Below, one piece after another: positions 26,947 to 35,723 of a stretch of 64,000 nt of DNA; position 1 is the first letter of the stretch, and each line of letters opens with the position of its first letter. The translations under genes and the position numbers were made by a program. The notes under the pieces were generated by a model. The model was not told the DNA's origin. It did no database searches and saw nothing but the letters and a program-made list of their open reading frames with translations. The DNA lies in the NCBI GenBank assembly GCA_034659295.1, contig JAYEGX010000078.1:1175-65174 (forward strand), given 5' to 3'. This DNA is from Candidatus Altiarchaeota archaeon (GTDB lineage: Archaea; Altiarchaeota; Altiarchaeia; IMC4; QMZM01).

Positions 26947-28131
26947 TCCCTTATCCACCAGCTTCTGGTAGGTTTTCAGGTATTCTGCGTGGCCCCACGT
27001 TAGTGGCACAACCCAGTAGACCAGGTTGTTCTTGTATTCCTCGCTTGTTAATACCCTCTGGGCTTCTTCCTTCCTTCCTACGCCGCTGTATCGGCCGACC
27101 TTGATTGCCTCCTTCTTCCACTTCCTGAATCTTTTTTTTGTTGATATGTGTTCGGGGATTAATCCGCCCCGGTTGTATTTAAGAAACCATTTAACGTATT
27201 TCTCTGCTTTATCTGTTTTGTCTGCGTCCAGGTAGTATTGGGCCATCCAGGCGGTGTACATCGAGTAGGGCCCGTATCCTCCGTTGTTTCTGCCGGGTTC
27301 CCCGTATTTCTCCAGGTATCTGCAGATTCCTTCAAGCTCCGGGTCCCAGAGGTTTTCTTCGATGTGTTTCACTGTGTTTTTCATGACTGTCTCGTTGGTT
27401 CCAACGCAGCGGGTGATATAGGGCGCCATTTCGCTGATGTCTGCATCAATTATCCGTCTGTGGTCTTCTAGTTTGATGAAGCGGTTGCCGTTGATGAGTT
27501 TTTTGGAGATGCCTATCCACAGGTCTCTTGCCAGGTCCCGCCACTGCTCGGCTTTGTCTTCTTTCCCCAGAAGTGTTGCTATCTTGTAGCTGCCGCGTAT
27601 TCCGGAGTAGCAGGTTACGTTAACCCATACATCGAATCCGGCTTCCATCGGAGGCCACTCGTGGATGCTGTTGAGCGAGAACAGTAGTCGTTCTTCTGGC
27701 AGGTAGTGTTCTTTTATGAACTCCACCCCTTGGTTGATGGGCTTCCATGCTTTTTCCATGAACTTTTTGTCTTCTGTGCTCTCATAGTACAGCCGCAGCA
27801 TGTGGAGCACCAGCCCGTTGCAATCCAGCTGCGGTGGCCGGTAGCTTGCTATGTTACCTTCCTGGTCGTATCTCTGAGCCCATTCACCGGTTTCTCTCTG
27901 TGCCTTAAGCAGGAAGTTCAGCGACTTCTTCACTCTCGGATAGTCTTTTAGTTCGTTCAGAACCCGCAGTGTTAACGCCAGATCCCGGGGGTAGATGTAG
28001 GGGTATCTGGCTTCCGGCGGGGAGGCCATTATCCCTCCGTTCCTGAGGTAGACTGAGTCAATAACCTCAAGGCTTTTTTTCCTTATCTTTTTCAGCTCCT
28101 GTTTTTCTTTTTTCGTGAACATTTTATCCAT
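26938..28131 (-). CDS. GH15-like (alpha/alpha)6 glycoside hydrolase, catalytic domain only
   Basis: GGIMASPPEARYPYIYPRDLALTLRVL matches the GH15 N-terminal catalytic-domain signature. ETGEWAQRY and QLDCNG blocks also present. Confidence 0.5.
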   Translation of the reverse strand: MDKMFTKKEKQELKKIRKKSLEVIDSVYLRNGGIMASPPEARYPYIYPRDLALTLRVLNELKDYPRVKKSLNFLLKAQRETGEWAQRYDQEGNIASYRPPQLDCNGLVLHMLRLYYESTEDKKFMEKAWKPINQGVEFIKEHYLPEERLLFSLNSIHEWPPMEAGFDVWVNVTCYSGIRGSYKIATLLGKEDKAEQWRDLARDLWIGISKKLINGNRFIKLEDHRRIIDADISEMAPYITRCVGTNETVMKNTVKHIEENLWDPELEGICRYLEKYGEPGRNNGGYGPYSMYTAWMAQYYLDADKTDKAEKYVKWFLKYNRGGLIPEHISTKKRFRKWKKEAIKVGRYSGVGRKEEAQRVLTSEEYKNNLVYWVVPLTWGHAEYLKTYQKLVDKGLV

Positions 28132-28322
28132 AATCTAACAGCTAACCCAGACATCAGGCACCAACGAGTAGGGTGGGATATAAAAAACTAATTTTTTCAT
28201 ATCATAAAGAGATATACCAGACGGATATAAAACCGTTAATTCTTTTCTCTTTCAGGTTAATGGTTTCCTTGGGGTTTTTTTGCCTTGAAGGAAGGTGGGT
28301 TGGGGAAGGTGATCTTTGGTCG

Positions 28323-28709
28323 TTATAGATTGATTAATTTAAGCCCGTGTCTGGTTAAGGGTTGATAGTGTTTTTTGTTTAGGGTGATGAATCTGGAGTT
28401 GTTGTTTATGGCTATGGAGGCTATCATAGCATCTATTCTGCCTGTTTTTTTCCCTTCCTTATCCAGCTTGGCTTCAAGTTGGGATGATAGAATCGCGTCT
28501 TTTTTCGTGTAGTCTAGTATTTTAAGGGCGTGTATTTCTTTTCTTTTTTTCGCGTACTTGATTAAACCATATAAGATTTCATGGTAGTTGAGTGTTGTTG
28601 TGGCTATTTTTTTATCCTGGATTCCCTCCAGTTTCTCGAGTATCTCATCTCCTTTATCGGATTTTTTGTCGAATATTTCTATGAGGACGTCGGTGTCTAA
28701 TAGGATCAT
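28323..28709 (-). CDS. vapC: PIN-domain ribonuclease toxin VapC
   Basis: MILLDTDVLIE start and later acidic residues (DAMIAS). 4-nt overlap with the upstream small gene. Confidence 0.8.
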   Translation of the reverse strand: MILLDTDVLIEIFDKKSDKGDEILEKLEGIQDKKIATTTLNYHEILYGLIKYAKKRKEIHALKILDYTKKDAILSSQLEAKLDKEGKKTGRIDAMIASIAINNNSRFITLNKKHYQPLTRHGLKLINL

Positions 28710-28921
28710 ATTAATCTAGTCTCTCTTCTTTTTTCATAGATTTCTTCAAGCATCGCTTCCTTGTTTCTGAATTCCACCGTTCCCCTAAGTTTTTTGAGTG
28801 GGGGTAGATCGTTTTCTGATGCCAGCCTGTCTAAGAGCTCTGTGAAGCTTTCTTTTTCTCCTTTGATATCAGATAGCTTACTGTATGTTTCCTCCTTTAT
28901 TGTTATCGTCTTAAAACTCAT
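28706..28921 (-). CDS. vapB: VapB-type antitoxin (archaeal small antitoxin family)
   Basis: 71 aa; MSFKTITIKEETYSKLSDIKGEKESFTELLDRL pattern. Overlaps vapC. Confidence 0.55.
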   Translation of the reverse strand: MSFKTITIKEETYSKLSDIKGEKESFTELLDRLASENDLPPLKKLRGTVEFRNKEAMLEEIYEKRRETRLI

Positions 28922-29014
28922 TTTTTATGTTTAATTATATGTTTAAACATAGATAAACAGGGGAATTTAATCAATCATAATAAGACAAAAAAGTCTGTTT
29001 TTCATTTACATCTC

Positions 29015-30595
29015 TCACTCATCTTTGAGGAATATGGATGTTAGCCTATCCCTGAGTGTTTTCTTTCTTTTTTTCTTCTTTCTCAGCTCCCTCTCTATCT
29101 CCCTGATGTTTATCTTCTCCTCATGCTCTTTCTTCAGGAACAACGGCTTAATCTTCTCCGCTAACCCTCCCTTCTCTTCCTCCACGGGGGGTTTTGGCTT
29201 ATCCCTGACGCTGATGGAGGATTTATGTTTGGTCTCCCTGGCCCTGATGTTCACGGTAATAGGCTGCTCCACGCACTCGCCAACAACAAGAGCCTGCCCC
29301 ACAGAAAGCTGCTTGATATCCTGCTCCATCCCGGAGGTGAATCCCTCGATGGACTGGCTGATAGCCCGCAGATCGTTGGGGTTGTTGACCTTCAAAATAA
29401 TCTGCGTGTTGCACTGAGATAAAACATTCTTGTCCACCCTCGCAGGTCTCTGGCTTACCACACAAAGATGGAATCCGAACTTCCGGCCCTCTGAGGCGAT
29501 GTTCCTCAACAAAGCGGAGGATAACACATCCCCGAAACCCCGCTCCGGGCAGAAGTTATGCGCCTCTTCAACAAGGAAAAAAAAGGCTGGAAGCTCCCCT
29601 ATCTTGGCTGAGTTAAAAAGATCTCCGGCTATTTTGGTGATGACCAGCTGCTGAATCTGCGGCTCAGCGCCCTTAAGGTTTATTATAGTAGCCTGACCCT
29701 CCCTTACAATATCTTTTTCGGTCAGGGGTTTCCCGTCGAAGATGCCGGAGTTCCTGAGGGTCTCAAGCCCTGACACAACCTTCCAGCCGCTGCGGTCACC
29801 CTCCATCTTCACCACATTAATCAGGTCCTGGAGGGAGTAGTCCTTATGCTCCAGGCGCTTGAGGGCTTCATAGACGAGAGACTTCTGCCTGTCAGTCAAC
29901 CTCATGGGTATGATGTCAATCAGCTCCTGTAGCCCGAACTTGGGGTTGAGGATTAGTTTATCCGCCTCAGGGTTTGTTAGTATGTTAACAGCGTACTCCC
30001 TGATCTTCGATTCATAGCTTTTGGGTTTCACCCCGTATTTAAGCATCCGGTCGAAGTCGTCGTTCTCGTCTCTTAGGGTGGAGTACTCCCCGTGGGGGTC
30101 TATTACCACAATGGGTATGTTGTTTTTAAGAAGCTCCTCCAGCAAAACCGAAACAGTGTAGCTTTTGCCGGCGCCTGTTTTAGCTAAAACGGAAACGTGT
30201 TTCCCTATGGTCTTTGGGATGCTCAGGTAGACGGGAATGTCATGCCCCTCCAGAAGCCCGAGATAAATGTTTCTGCCCCGGCTCTGGCTTAAACCCATAA
30301 CCTCCCTGATCAGTCCCTTATCCGCTGCGTAGACCTTCTCGTTAGGCTTGAAGGGGCTTTTAGGGATTAATACCTGGTTTTTATCCTTGTATCCTATGGT
30401 CTTAGCGTCCGCCATCAGGACCTCATCCCCATCCTGCATGTACCTCTTAAGGCCATCTATGCGGGCAAGCACCCACCCGTAGACTTCATGGTTTATTTTC
30501 ACAAAACAGCCTTTCTCCACATCCTGCGTCGATAAAAGGATGCTGAAGCTTGTGGTCTTGACCTCACCCTCTATTGTTCCGATAAAGCGCACCAT
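29015..30595 (-). CDS. herA: HerA-like (DUF87) FtsK/HerA-superfamily ATPase with Lys-rich C-terminal tail
   Basis: N-terminal HAS-barrel-like region, Walker A LAKTGAGKSYT, Walker B FFFLVEEAH, VVSQRP. Tail is KKKKRKKTLRDRL. Confidence 0.75.
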   Translation of the reverse strand: MVRFIGTIEGEVKTTSFSILLSTQDVEKGCFVKINHEVYGWVLARIDGLKRYMQDGDEVLMADAKTIGYKDKNQVLIPKSPFKPNEKVYAADKGLIREVMGLSQSRGRNIYLGLLEGHDIPVYLSIPKTIGKHVSVLAKTGAGKSYTVSVLLEELLKNNIPIVVIDPHGEYSTLRDENDDFDRMLKYGVKPKSYESKIREYAVNILTNPEADKLILNPKFGLQELIDIIPMRLTDRQKSLVYEALKRLEHKDYSLQDLINVVKMEGDRSGWKVVSGLETLRNSGIFDGKPLTEKDIVREGQATIINLKGAEPQIQQLVITKIAGDLFNSAKIGELPAFFFLVEEAHNFCPERGFGDVLSSALLRNIASEGRKFGFHLCVVSQRPARVDKNVLSQCNTQIILKVNNPNDLRAISQSIEGFTSGMEQDIKQLSVGQALVVGECVEQPITVNIRARETKHKSSISVRDKPKPPVEEEKGGLAEKIKPLFLKKEHEEKINIREIERELRKKKKRKKTLRDRLTSIFLKDE

Positions 30596-30726
30596 AGTAT
30601 TATCATAATTGGGTTAAGGGATAAATATCTGCGTGGGATTTTGAGATATGGAAACTGTTAACCTACATAAAAGAAGACACCCCAGGTATTCCATGACTCA
30701 TATATTCTATTACCTGAAAAAAAAAA

Positions 30727-30924
30727 ATGAGCGATTCATGCAGATGGTATCCAGTGTGCCCAATGAAGAGATTTTTTGGGGAAGGGGGGTTGGATGAGGA
30801 ATGGATCAGAAAGTACTGTAAGGGAGACTATAGGAGATGCATCAGATACCAGATGGAAGAAAAAGGATTAAATCACCCGGATAACATGCTGCCTGATGGG
30901 TCGATAAATGAATCACTTAAATAA
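30727..30924 (+). CDS. small conserved Cys-rich protein of unknown function
   Basis: 65 aa; C-x5-CP...YCKGDYRRCIRY...MLPDGS. I recall the pattern from small proteins of methanogens and anaerobic bacteria. Confidence 0.45.
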   Translation: MSDSCRWYPVCPMKRFFGEGGLDEEWIRKYCKGDYRRCIRYQMEEKGLNHPDNMLPDGSINESLK

Positions 30925-31194
30925 TATTAGGAATAACATGCAAAAGCACATCCACTTATTGCATTAATAAAAAAGTTTGTGAAATAGATGAATAGGTCTA
31001 CAAAAGCCCCTGGATACATTTCCAAAGGCGTAGGTGGTTGAGAGAGGAGGGTAAAAGAAGTATGGGAGAATAGTAATATAACAAAAACAGATAAAACCAT
31101 AATCTTCAGTAAACATCGCTTACCGTAACTGCTGCTCCTGCAGTGTTATTTCTTGAAACCATATAAATATATACGGAAATATTTATGCTATAAG

Positions 31195-31908
31195 ATGTCC
31201 TCGTTTAGTGTTGTGTTGGTTGAGCCCCGCTATGGGGGGAATGTTGGGTCTGTTGCGAGGGTGATGAAGAACTTCGGATTCCAGAAGCTTGTTCTAGTAA
31301 ACCCCCCGAAGTTGGGTGGAGAAGCGAGGGCTAAAGCCATGCACGCCAAGGATCTTTTGGGGAAGGCTAGAGTAGTTGACTCTTTCAGTGATATAGAGAA
31401 GGACTTTGATTTCCTGGCTGGTACCACATCAGAGACGGGGAAAGACAAAAACCATCTCAGGAATCCGGTCTTCCCTGAGGAGCTGGTTAATGCCCTGGAC
31501 CTTAATGGGGAGATCGCTCTAGTATTCGGGAGAGAAGACTATGGTCTGCTCAATGAGGAACTAAAAGCATGTGATCTGCTGGTGAGCATCCCGGCCAGCA
31601 GGGAGTATCCCACAATGAATTTAGCGGTTTCTGTTGCAGTAATCCTGTACGAGATAAGCCGCCAGAAAACCAGGAATGAATACGGTAAACTGAAAAAATT
31701 CCAGAAGGCGGATAGGATGGAGAAAAATGTTTTGTTGGATGGATTCAATGATCTGGTGGATTGCGTCCACGACCAGGATTTCAACAGGAGACTGGCAAAA
31801 AAAACATTCAAGCAGGTTATAGGCCGAGCCTTCATCTCAGGTAGGGAGGCCTTCAACCTCACCGGCGTGTTCAGGAAAGCATCTGAGAGGATTAAAAAAA
31901 GAGGGTGA
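31195..31908 (+). CDS. SpoU/TrmJ-class tRNA 2'-O-methyltransferase
   Basis: VVLVEPRYGGNVGSVARVMKNFG, LVFGREDYGL and SIPASREYPTMNLAVSVAV (SPOUT knot). The ATG at 31195 is preferred. The track start at 31153 is a TTG inside an ATATAAATATATA TATA-like box. Confidence 0.75.
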   Translation: MSSFSVVLVEPRYGGNVGSVARVMKNFGFQKLVLVNPPKLGGEARAKAMHAKDLLGKARVVDSFSDIEKDFDFLAGTTSETGKDKNHLRNPVFPEELVNALDLNGEIALVFGREDYGLLNEELKACDLLVSIPASREYPTMNLAVSVAVILYEISRQKTRNEYGKLKKFQKADRMEKNVLLDGFNDLVDCVHDQDFNRRLAKKTFKQVIGRAFISGREAFNLTGVFRKASERIKKRG

Positions 31909-31997
31909 CTTAATAGCTCCGTCTGGGAATGCGGTTAAGGGATGTTCTGGTGAATTTAGGTGATTCTTTTTTTTCTGAATTAGAGGCTAATGAACGT

Positions 31998-33254
31998 TTA
32001 TTTAGTAGGGTCTATAACTCTACCCAAGAATAAGATATTTCCTGTATCCTTTTGTTGTATTATAAAAATAAAGGGGTGATCGGCACAGAAGATATTGGTT
32101 GGCATAGCACCAAGTTCCATACCTACCGCAGTAGCTGCTGCAGCTTCTGTACCTTCTTCATTCACATCAACAAATGCTTGATGAATAACAAAACTAATAA
32201 ATAAATCGTTGTTACCTGTCATTCCCGAGAAATCCGCACCGGGCCATGTAAAGGCAGTTGGCATTCCCATTTCTATAAGTTGGTCATTTAATTTGTATTT
32301 GGTTTCAAATGTGAATTTAGGCAGGCAGATAACTACTCCCTGTTTTGTCAATATATTCTTGTATTCAGCTAGCTGTTCTGCATCAAGCTCTTTTTCTAAA
32401 GACGCAATATCCTCTTTTGGGAGAAGTATTAACATCGAGATTTCTTCGCCCCTGTAGGGGAGTTCAAGAATTTGAAGTTCTTCAGTTTCAGCGTAATTGA
32501 ATCTTGCATCATCATTATCTAGATGCATCATTGGGACTTTAATAATATTATCTGGGGTTATTTTAAAGTCCATTTCTCTAGTGTCTTTTTTATCAAACTG
32601 GTAAACCCAGGTTCCTTTAAAGTAAATTGCATTAGTAAGCACCAGTCTAGTCATCGGATTAAGTTGCCCGGGAGGGATTAAATCCTTGATTTTATCATTT
32701 GTCTGGTCTTCAACCCAACCATTGATGATTTGTCTTGATTTTTCTGTCTCCCCTACGAAATCAAGATTTGTTACCCCCCCTCCATAATATCTTTCTGTGG
32801 TGTTAGAATATTCATCTAGGAACCGGTAATCTTGTTGTGCCCATAAAGCATTTGCTGTGTGAAGTTCATAATCTTTGTTTCTTTCATTCAGCTGATTATA
32901 GATTCTCGCAGAATTTGGTTGTCTTATATCCTCTTCAGGGAAATGAAAAACATCCTGCATTTCTTCTGCTGTCTTCCCTTCCGCTCCTTCATAGGTCATC
33001 GCTAATGCAGATGAAATGCTATAGGGAGAGAGAAAGATGTTTCCTCGTTCATTTTTATTTAATTCAGAATAGATTTCAAATGTAAATTGATTATTAGCGT
33101 TTACAACTGCATTAATACCTTCTTGAGTCCATGCATTATCATCTCCTGTTGGTGTTGTCGGTTGTTTTACACAGCCAGAAATGAATATGACTAAAGCGAC
33201 TGCAACAAGGGTAATTATCCCACTTGTTAAAATTTTATTATTCATATTGTACAT
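31998..33254 (-). CDS. serpin (serine protease inhibitor) with signal peptide/lipobox
   Basis: FLSPYSISSALAMTYEGAEG, NAIYFKGTW, reactive-centre hinge EEGTEAAAATA and C-terminal DHPFIFIIQ. N-terminal VALVIFISGC lipobox-like. Confidence 0.85.
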   Translation of the reverse strand: MYNMNNKILTSGIITLVAVALVIFISGCVKQPTTPTGDDNAWTQEGINAVVNANNQFTFEIYSELNKNERGNIFLSPYSISSALAMTYEGAEGKTAEEMQDVFHFPEEDIRQPNSARIYNQLNERNKDYELHTANALWAQQDYRFLDEYSNTTERYYGGGVTNLDFVGETEKSRQIINGWVEDQTNDKIKDLIPPGQLNPMTRLVLTNAIYFKGTWVYQFDKKDTREMDFKITPDNIIKVPMMHLDNDDARFNYAETEELQILELPYRGEEISMLILLPKEDIASLEKELDAEQLAEYKNILTKQGVVICLPKFTFETKYKLNDQLIEMGMPTAFTWPGADFSGMTGNNDLFISFVIHQAFVDVNEEGTEAAAATAVGMELGAMPTNIFCADHPFIFIIQQKDTGNILFLGRVIDPTK

Positions 33255-33421
33255 AAGTATATTTTAGCATATTCATAAAAATATCGGTTGGTTTAAAATT
33301 AGCTTACAATATTGTAAAAAAAAATAATGTGATGAAATCAACTGGATAGAGGGGATTCTGCGGTTGGTCGACTAACGGCTCCTGTAGCAGTGATTGAGGG
33401 AACATGCCGGTGGGGTGAAAC

Positions 33422-34711
33422 CTAAGACCAGTTTATTCTTGTTTCACCGCCTTTTATCTTTGAGATTTCTACTCTTATCTCATCCCTTAAATCATCTACC
33501 TCCTCACTTAACTCTTTAGTCTTTCCCTCAAGAGCCACTAACTCCCCCTTAATAAGACCTATCTCACTTTTTGCGCTATCTAACGAAGACTTAAGACTCT
33601 CTTTCTTTCCCATAACCCGGGACCTGGATATTGATTCCGTGAGAGAGTTCTTTTCCTTAAGAAGGCTATCGTATTCCATTCTTGCCAAATCAAGGTCTGC
33701 ATCCATCAGGTTACCTATCTTCTCTTCGGTCTTCTTTCTCTCACGCTCCTTCAGGCCGAGCTTACCATCCCTGACATAGCCTCCGAGCTTTTTTAGTATC
33801 TCGCCTAACTCACCTTCGCCGGAAAAAAATTGCTTAACGGGCTCATCAATGAATCCATCAACTCTATTCAATACCAGCTTATCCAGCTCAAACGCCTGCT
33901 TCCTGTACTTTCTCAAAGGCCTCTTAAGGGGCGTTAAGAGCTGGTATACCTTGGACTCGAGCCCGTGAAGTTTCTCATCTATCACCCTACGTTCATCCAT
34001 CATCCGGGTTAACTCCTTTACCTCCTTGGATATGGAGAATTTTTCGTTTTCATCTATCAGATTTTTCTCCCTTGCTCTAAGAGAATCCAGCTTATCTCTC
34101 TTCTCTTTTAGAAGGGATTTCATGGATTCTATTTCATCCAGACAAGAGTCCATCCTATAGAAACGGTTTAGGGCCTTATCTAAAGCGCTTTCGCCAGTTG
34201 AGCTCTTAACCAGCTCCCCAATGGAATCAGAGTGGTGGAGCAGGTTCTTGGATTCCTTCTTTATCTCCTTAACTTCGGCATCAAATATCATTGGGAGATA
34301 TCTTCCCTGTCCCATATGCACCCTGGCCAGGGAATCAAGCATGTTCCGTAAATCCATATGCAACTGCTTTATGTCGGTGTAATCAGATACCTTCCTGTTC
34401 AGGAGGGGGTTGATCGAATCTCTTAAACCAGTAACGAAAGGTGACTTTGATGTTTCAGCAATCCTTTTTAGCTTGACTGCCGTATCATCGGGTATGCTGG
34501 ATTCATCAATATCTGCCACAACAGAATCAATGCGTGAAACACTGGTGAGTATCCCCTCAATCAGAGGCCTTGCCCTGTCCAGGATTTTTTTGCTCTCTCT
34601 TGCTCTCATATCCTGCAAAAGATTTCTGGCCTCACCTGAATCCATGACCTCAGGCTTTGATTCCTTCTTAAAAAAATTATCCCAGAAGCTCAATCTTACC
34701 ATCCAGTTCAT
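33422..34711 (-). CDS. coiled-coil protein of unknown function
   Basis: 429 aa, heptad-rich and charged throughout, no NTPase motif. N-terminus SFWDNFFKK is amphipathic. Start uncertain (34711, 34702 or 34645). Confidence 0.45.
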   Translation of the reverse strand: MNWMVRLSFWDNFFKKESKPEVMDSGEARNLLQDMRARESKKILDRARPLIEGILTSVSRIDSVVADIDESSIPDDTAVKLKRIAETSKSPFVTGLRDSINPLLNRKVSDYTDIKQLHMDLRNMLDSLARVHMGQGRYLPMIFDAEVKEIKKESKNLLHHSDSIGELVKSSTGESALDKALNRFYRMDSCLDEIESMKSLLKEKRDKLDSLRAREKNLIDENEKFSISKEVKELTRMMDERRVIDEKLHGLESKVYQLLTPLKRPLRKYRKQAFELDKLVLNRVDGFIDEPVKQFFSGEGELGEILKKLGGYVRDGKLGLKERERKKTEEKIGNLMDADLDLARMEYDSLLKEKNSLTESISRSRVMGKKESLKSSLDSAKSEIGLIKGELVALEGKTKELSEEVDDLRDEIRVEISKIKGGETRINWS

Positions 34712-35672
34712 TTATTGTTAAGGATCCGGTCAAGAACATGGAAATCCTCAACTCAGTGAAGACCCTAGCTAGGTAGTCTGATACAACAGCCTCACCCCCA
34801 GCATGGTATGCCTTAAGGAGTGGTAAGGCCATCCCTGCAACCCCAGCTCCTAAGGCCAGGGATTTCGCTATATCCACTCCGCTCCTCACACCCCCTGAGG
34901 CAATCAGAGGTCTGCCTGCTTTGGAGAGGTTAGCTATGCACTCTGATGTTGGAACGCCGAAGCTCTTGAAGGGCTCGCTTACCTCAAGCGCTTTCTCACC
35001 CCCCCTACAGCCCTCGATAATACTCCAGCAGGTGCCTCCCACACCACCAACATCGAAGGCTGAAACCCCAAGTTTCTCTGCCACAGGAAGGGTTAAGCCC
35101 GAGCCCACGCCCTTGAGTATAACCGGCTTATCCAGTTCAGATGCTATCTTGTTTATTTTCCCAATTAAGTCTTTGAAGTTTCTATCACCCTCGGGTTGGA
35201 TCGCCTCCTGAAGGGGGTTAACGTGTAAAGCTAATGCGTCAGCATCAATCATTTTTACCGCCTTCCTGCATTCTTTCAGGCCGTAGCCGTAGTTTAATTG
35301 CACCGCTCCCAGGTTGGCTATCAGGTAAATATCTGGGGCAACATCTCTCACCTTAAAGGTCTCCTCAAGAGATGAATCCTCTAACGCAGCCCTCTGGCTT
35401 CCCACCCCAAAGGCAAGACCGTGCTTCTGAGCTATTTCAGCCATACACTTGTTGATTTCACCGCCCCCGCTGCTACCCCCGGTCATGGCCTCGACGATAA
35501 ATGGGTAGCTGAGTTTTTTCCCTAGAAAAGAGGTGGAGGTGTCTATTTCATCAAAGTCTATCTCGGGAAGCTCCCGATATAGCAGCCTGTATCCACCAAA
35601 ACCTGCATCACCGGACTCTACATCTTTCTCTATGCAAATCCTGAGATGGTCTATCTTGCGTTTTTTTATCAT
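34677..35672 (-). CDS. fni: type 2 isopentenyl-diphosphate delta-isomerase
   Basis: KRKIDHLRIC N-terminus, FMN-binding TIM-barrel blocks AMTGGS, VGSQR and ASGGVRSG. Confidence 0.9.
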   Translation of the reverse strand: MIKKRKIDHLRICIEKDVESGDAGFGGYRLLYRELPEIDFDEIDTSTSFLGKKLSYPFIVEAMTGGSSGGGEINKCMAEIAQKHGLAFGVGSQRAALEDSSLEETFKVRDVAPDIYLIANLGAVQLNYGYGLKECRKAVKMIDADALALHVNPLQEAIQPEGDRNFKDLIGKINKIASELDKPVILKGVGSGLTLPVAEKLGVSAFDVGGVGGTCWSIIEGCRGGEKALEVSEPFKSFGVPTSECIANLSKAGRPLIASGGVRSGVDIAKSLALGAGVAGMALPLLKAYHAGGEAVVSDYLARVFTELRISMFLTGSLTINELDGKIELLG

Positions 35673-35723
35673 CTTTAGGGAAGCATTAAAGGATTATGAT
35701 TAAGGTCATATATTCAATCCCAA

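Noticed and set aside
30925-31194. 270-nt spacer screened for tRNA or other structured RNA
   Set aside because: No acceptor/T-arm-like complementarity or conserved boxes found by eye. It is probably promoter DNA for the trmJ-like gene (ATATAAATATATA).
33329-33421. GTGATGA (C-box-like) followed by GTGATTGA in the serpin/coiled-coil spacer
   Set aside because: No CTGA D or D' boxes at the required 12-nt spacing, so it is not a credible C/D sRNA.
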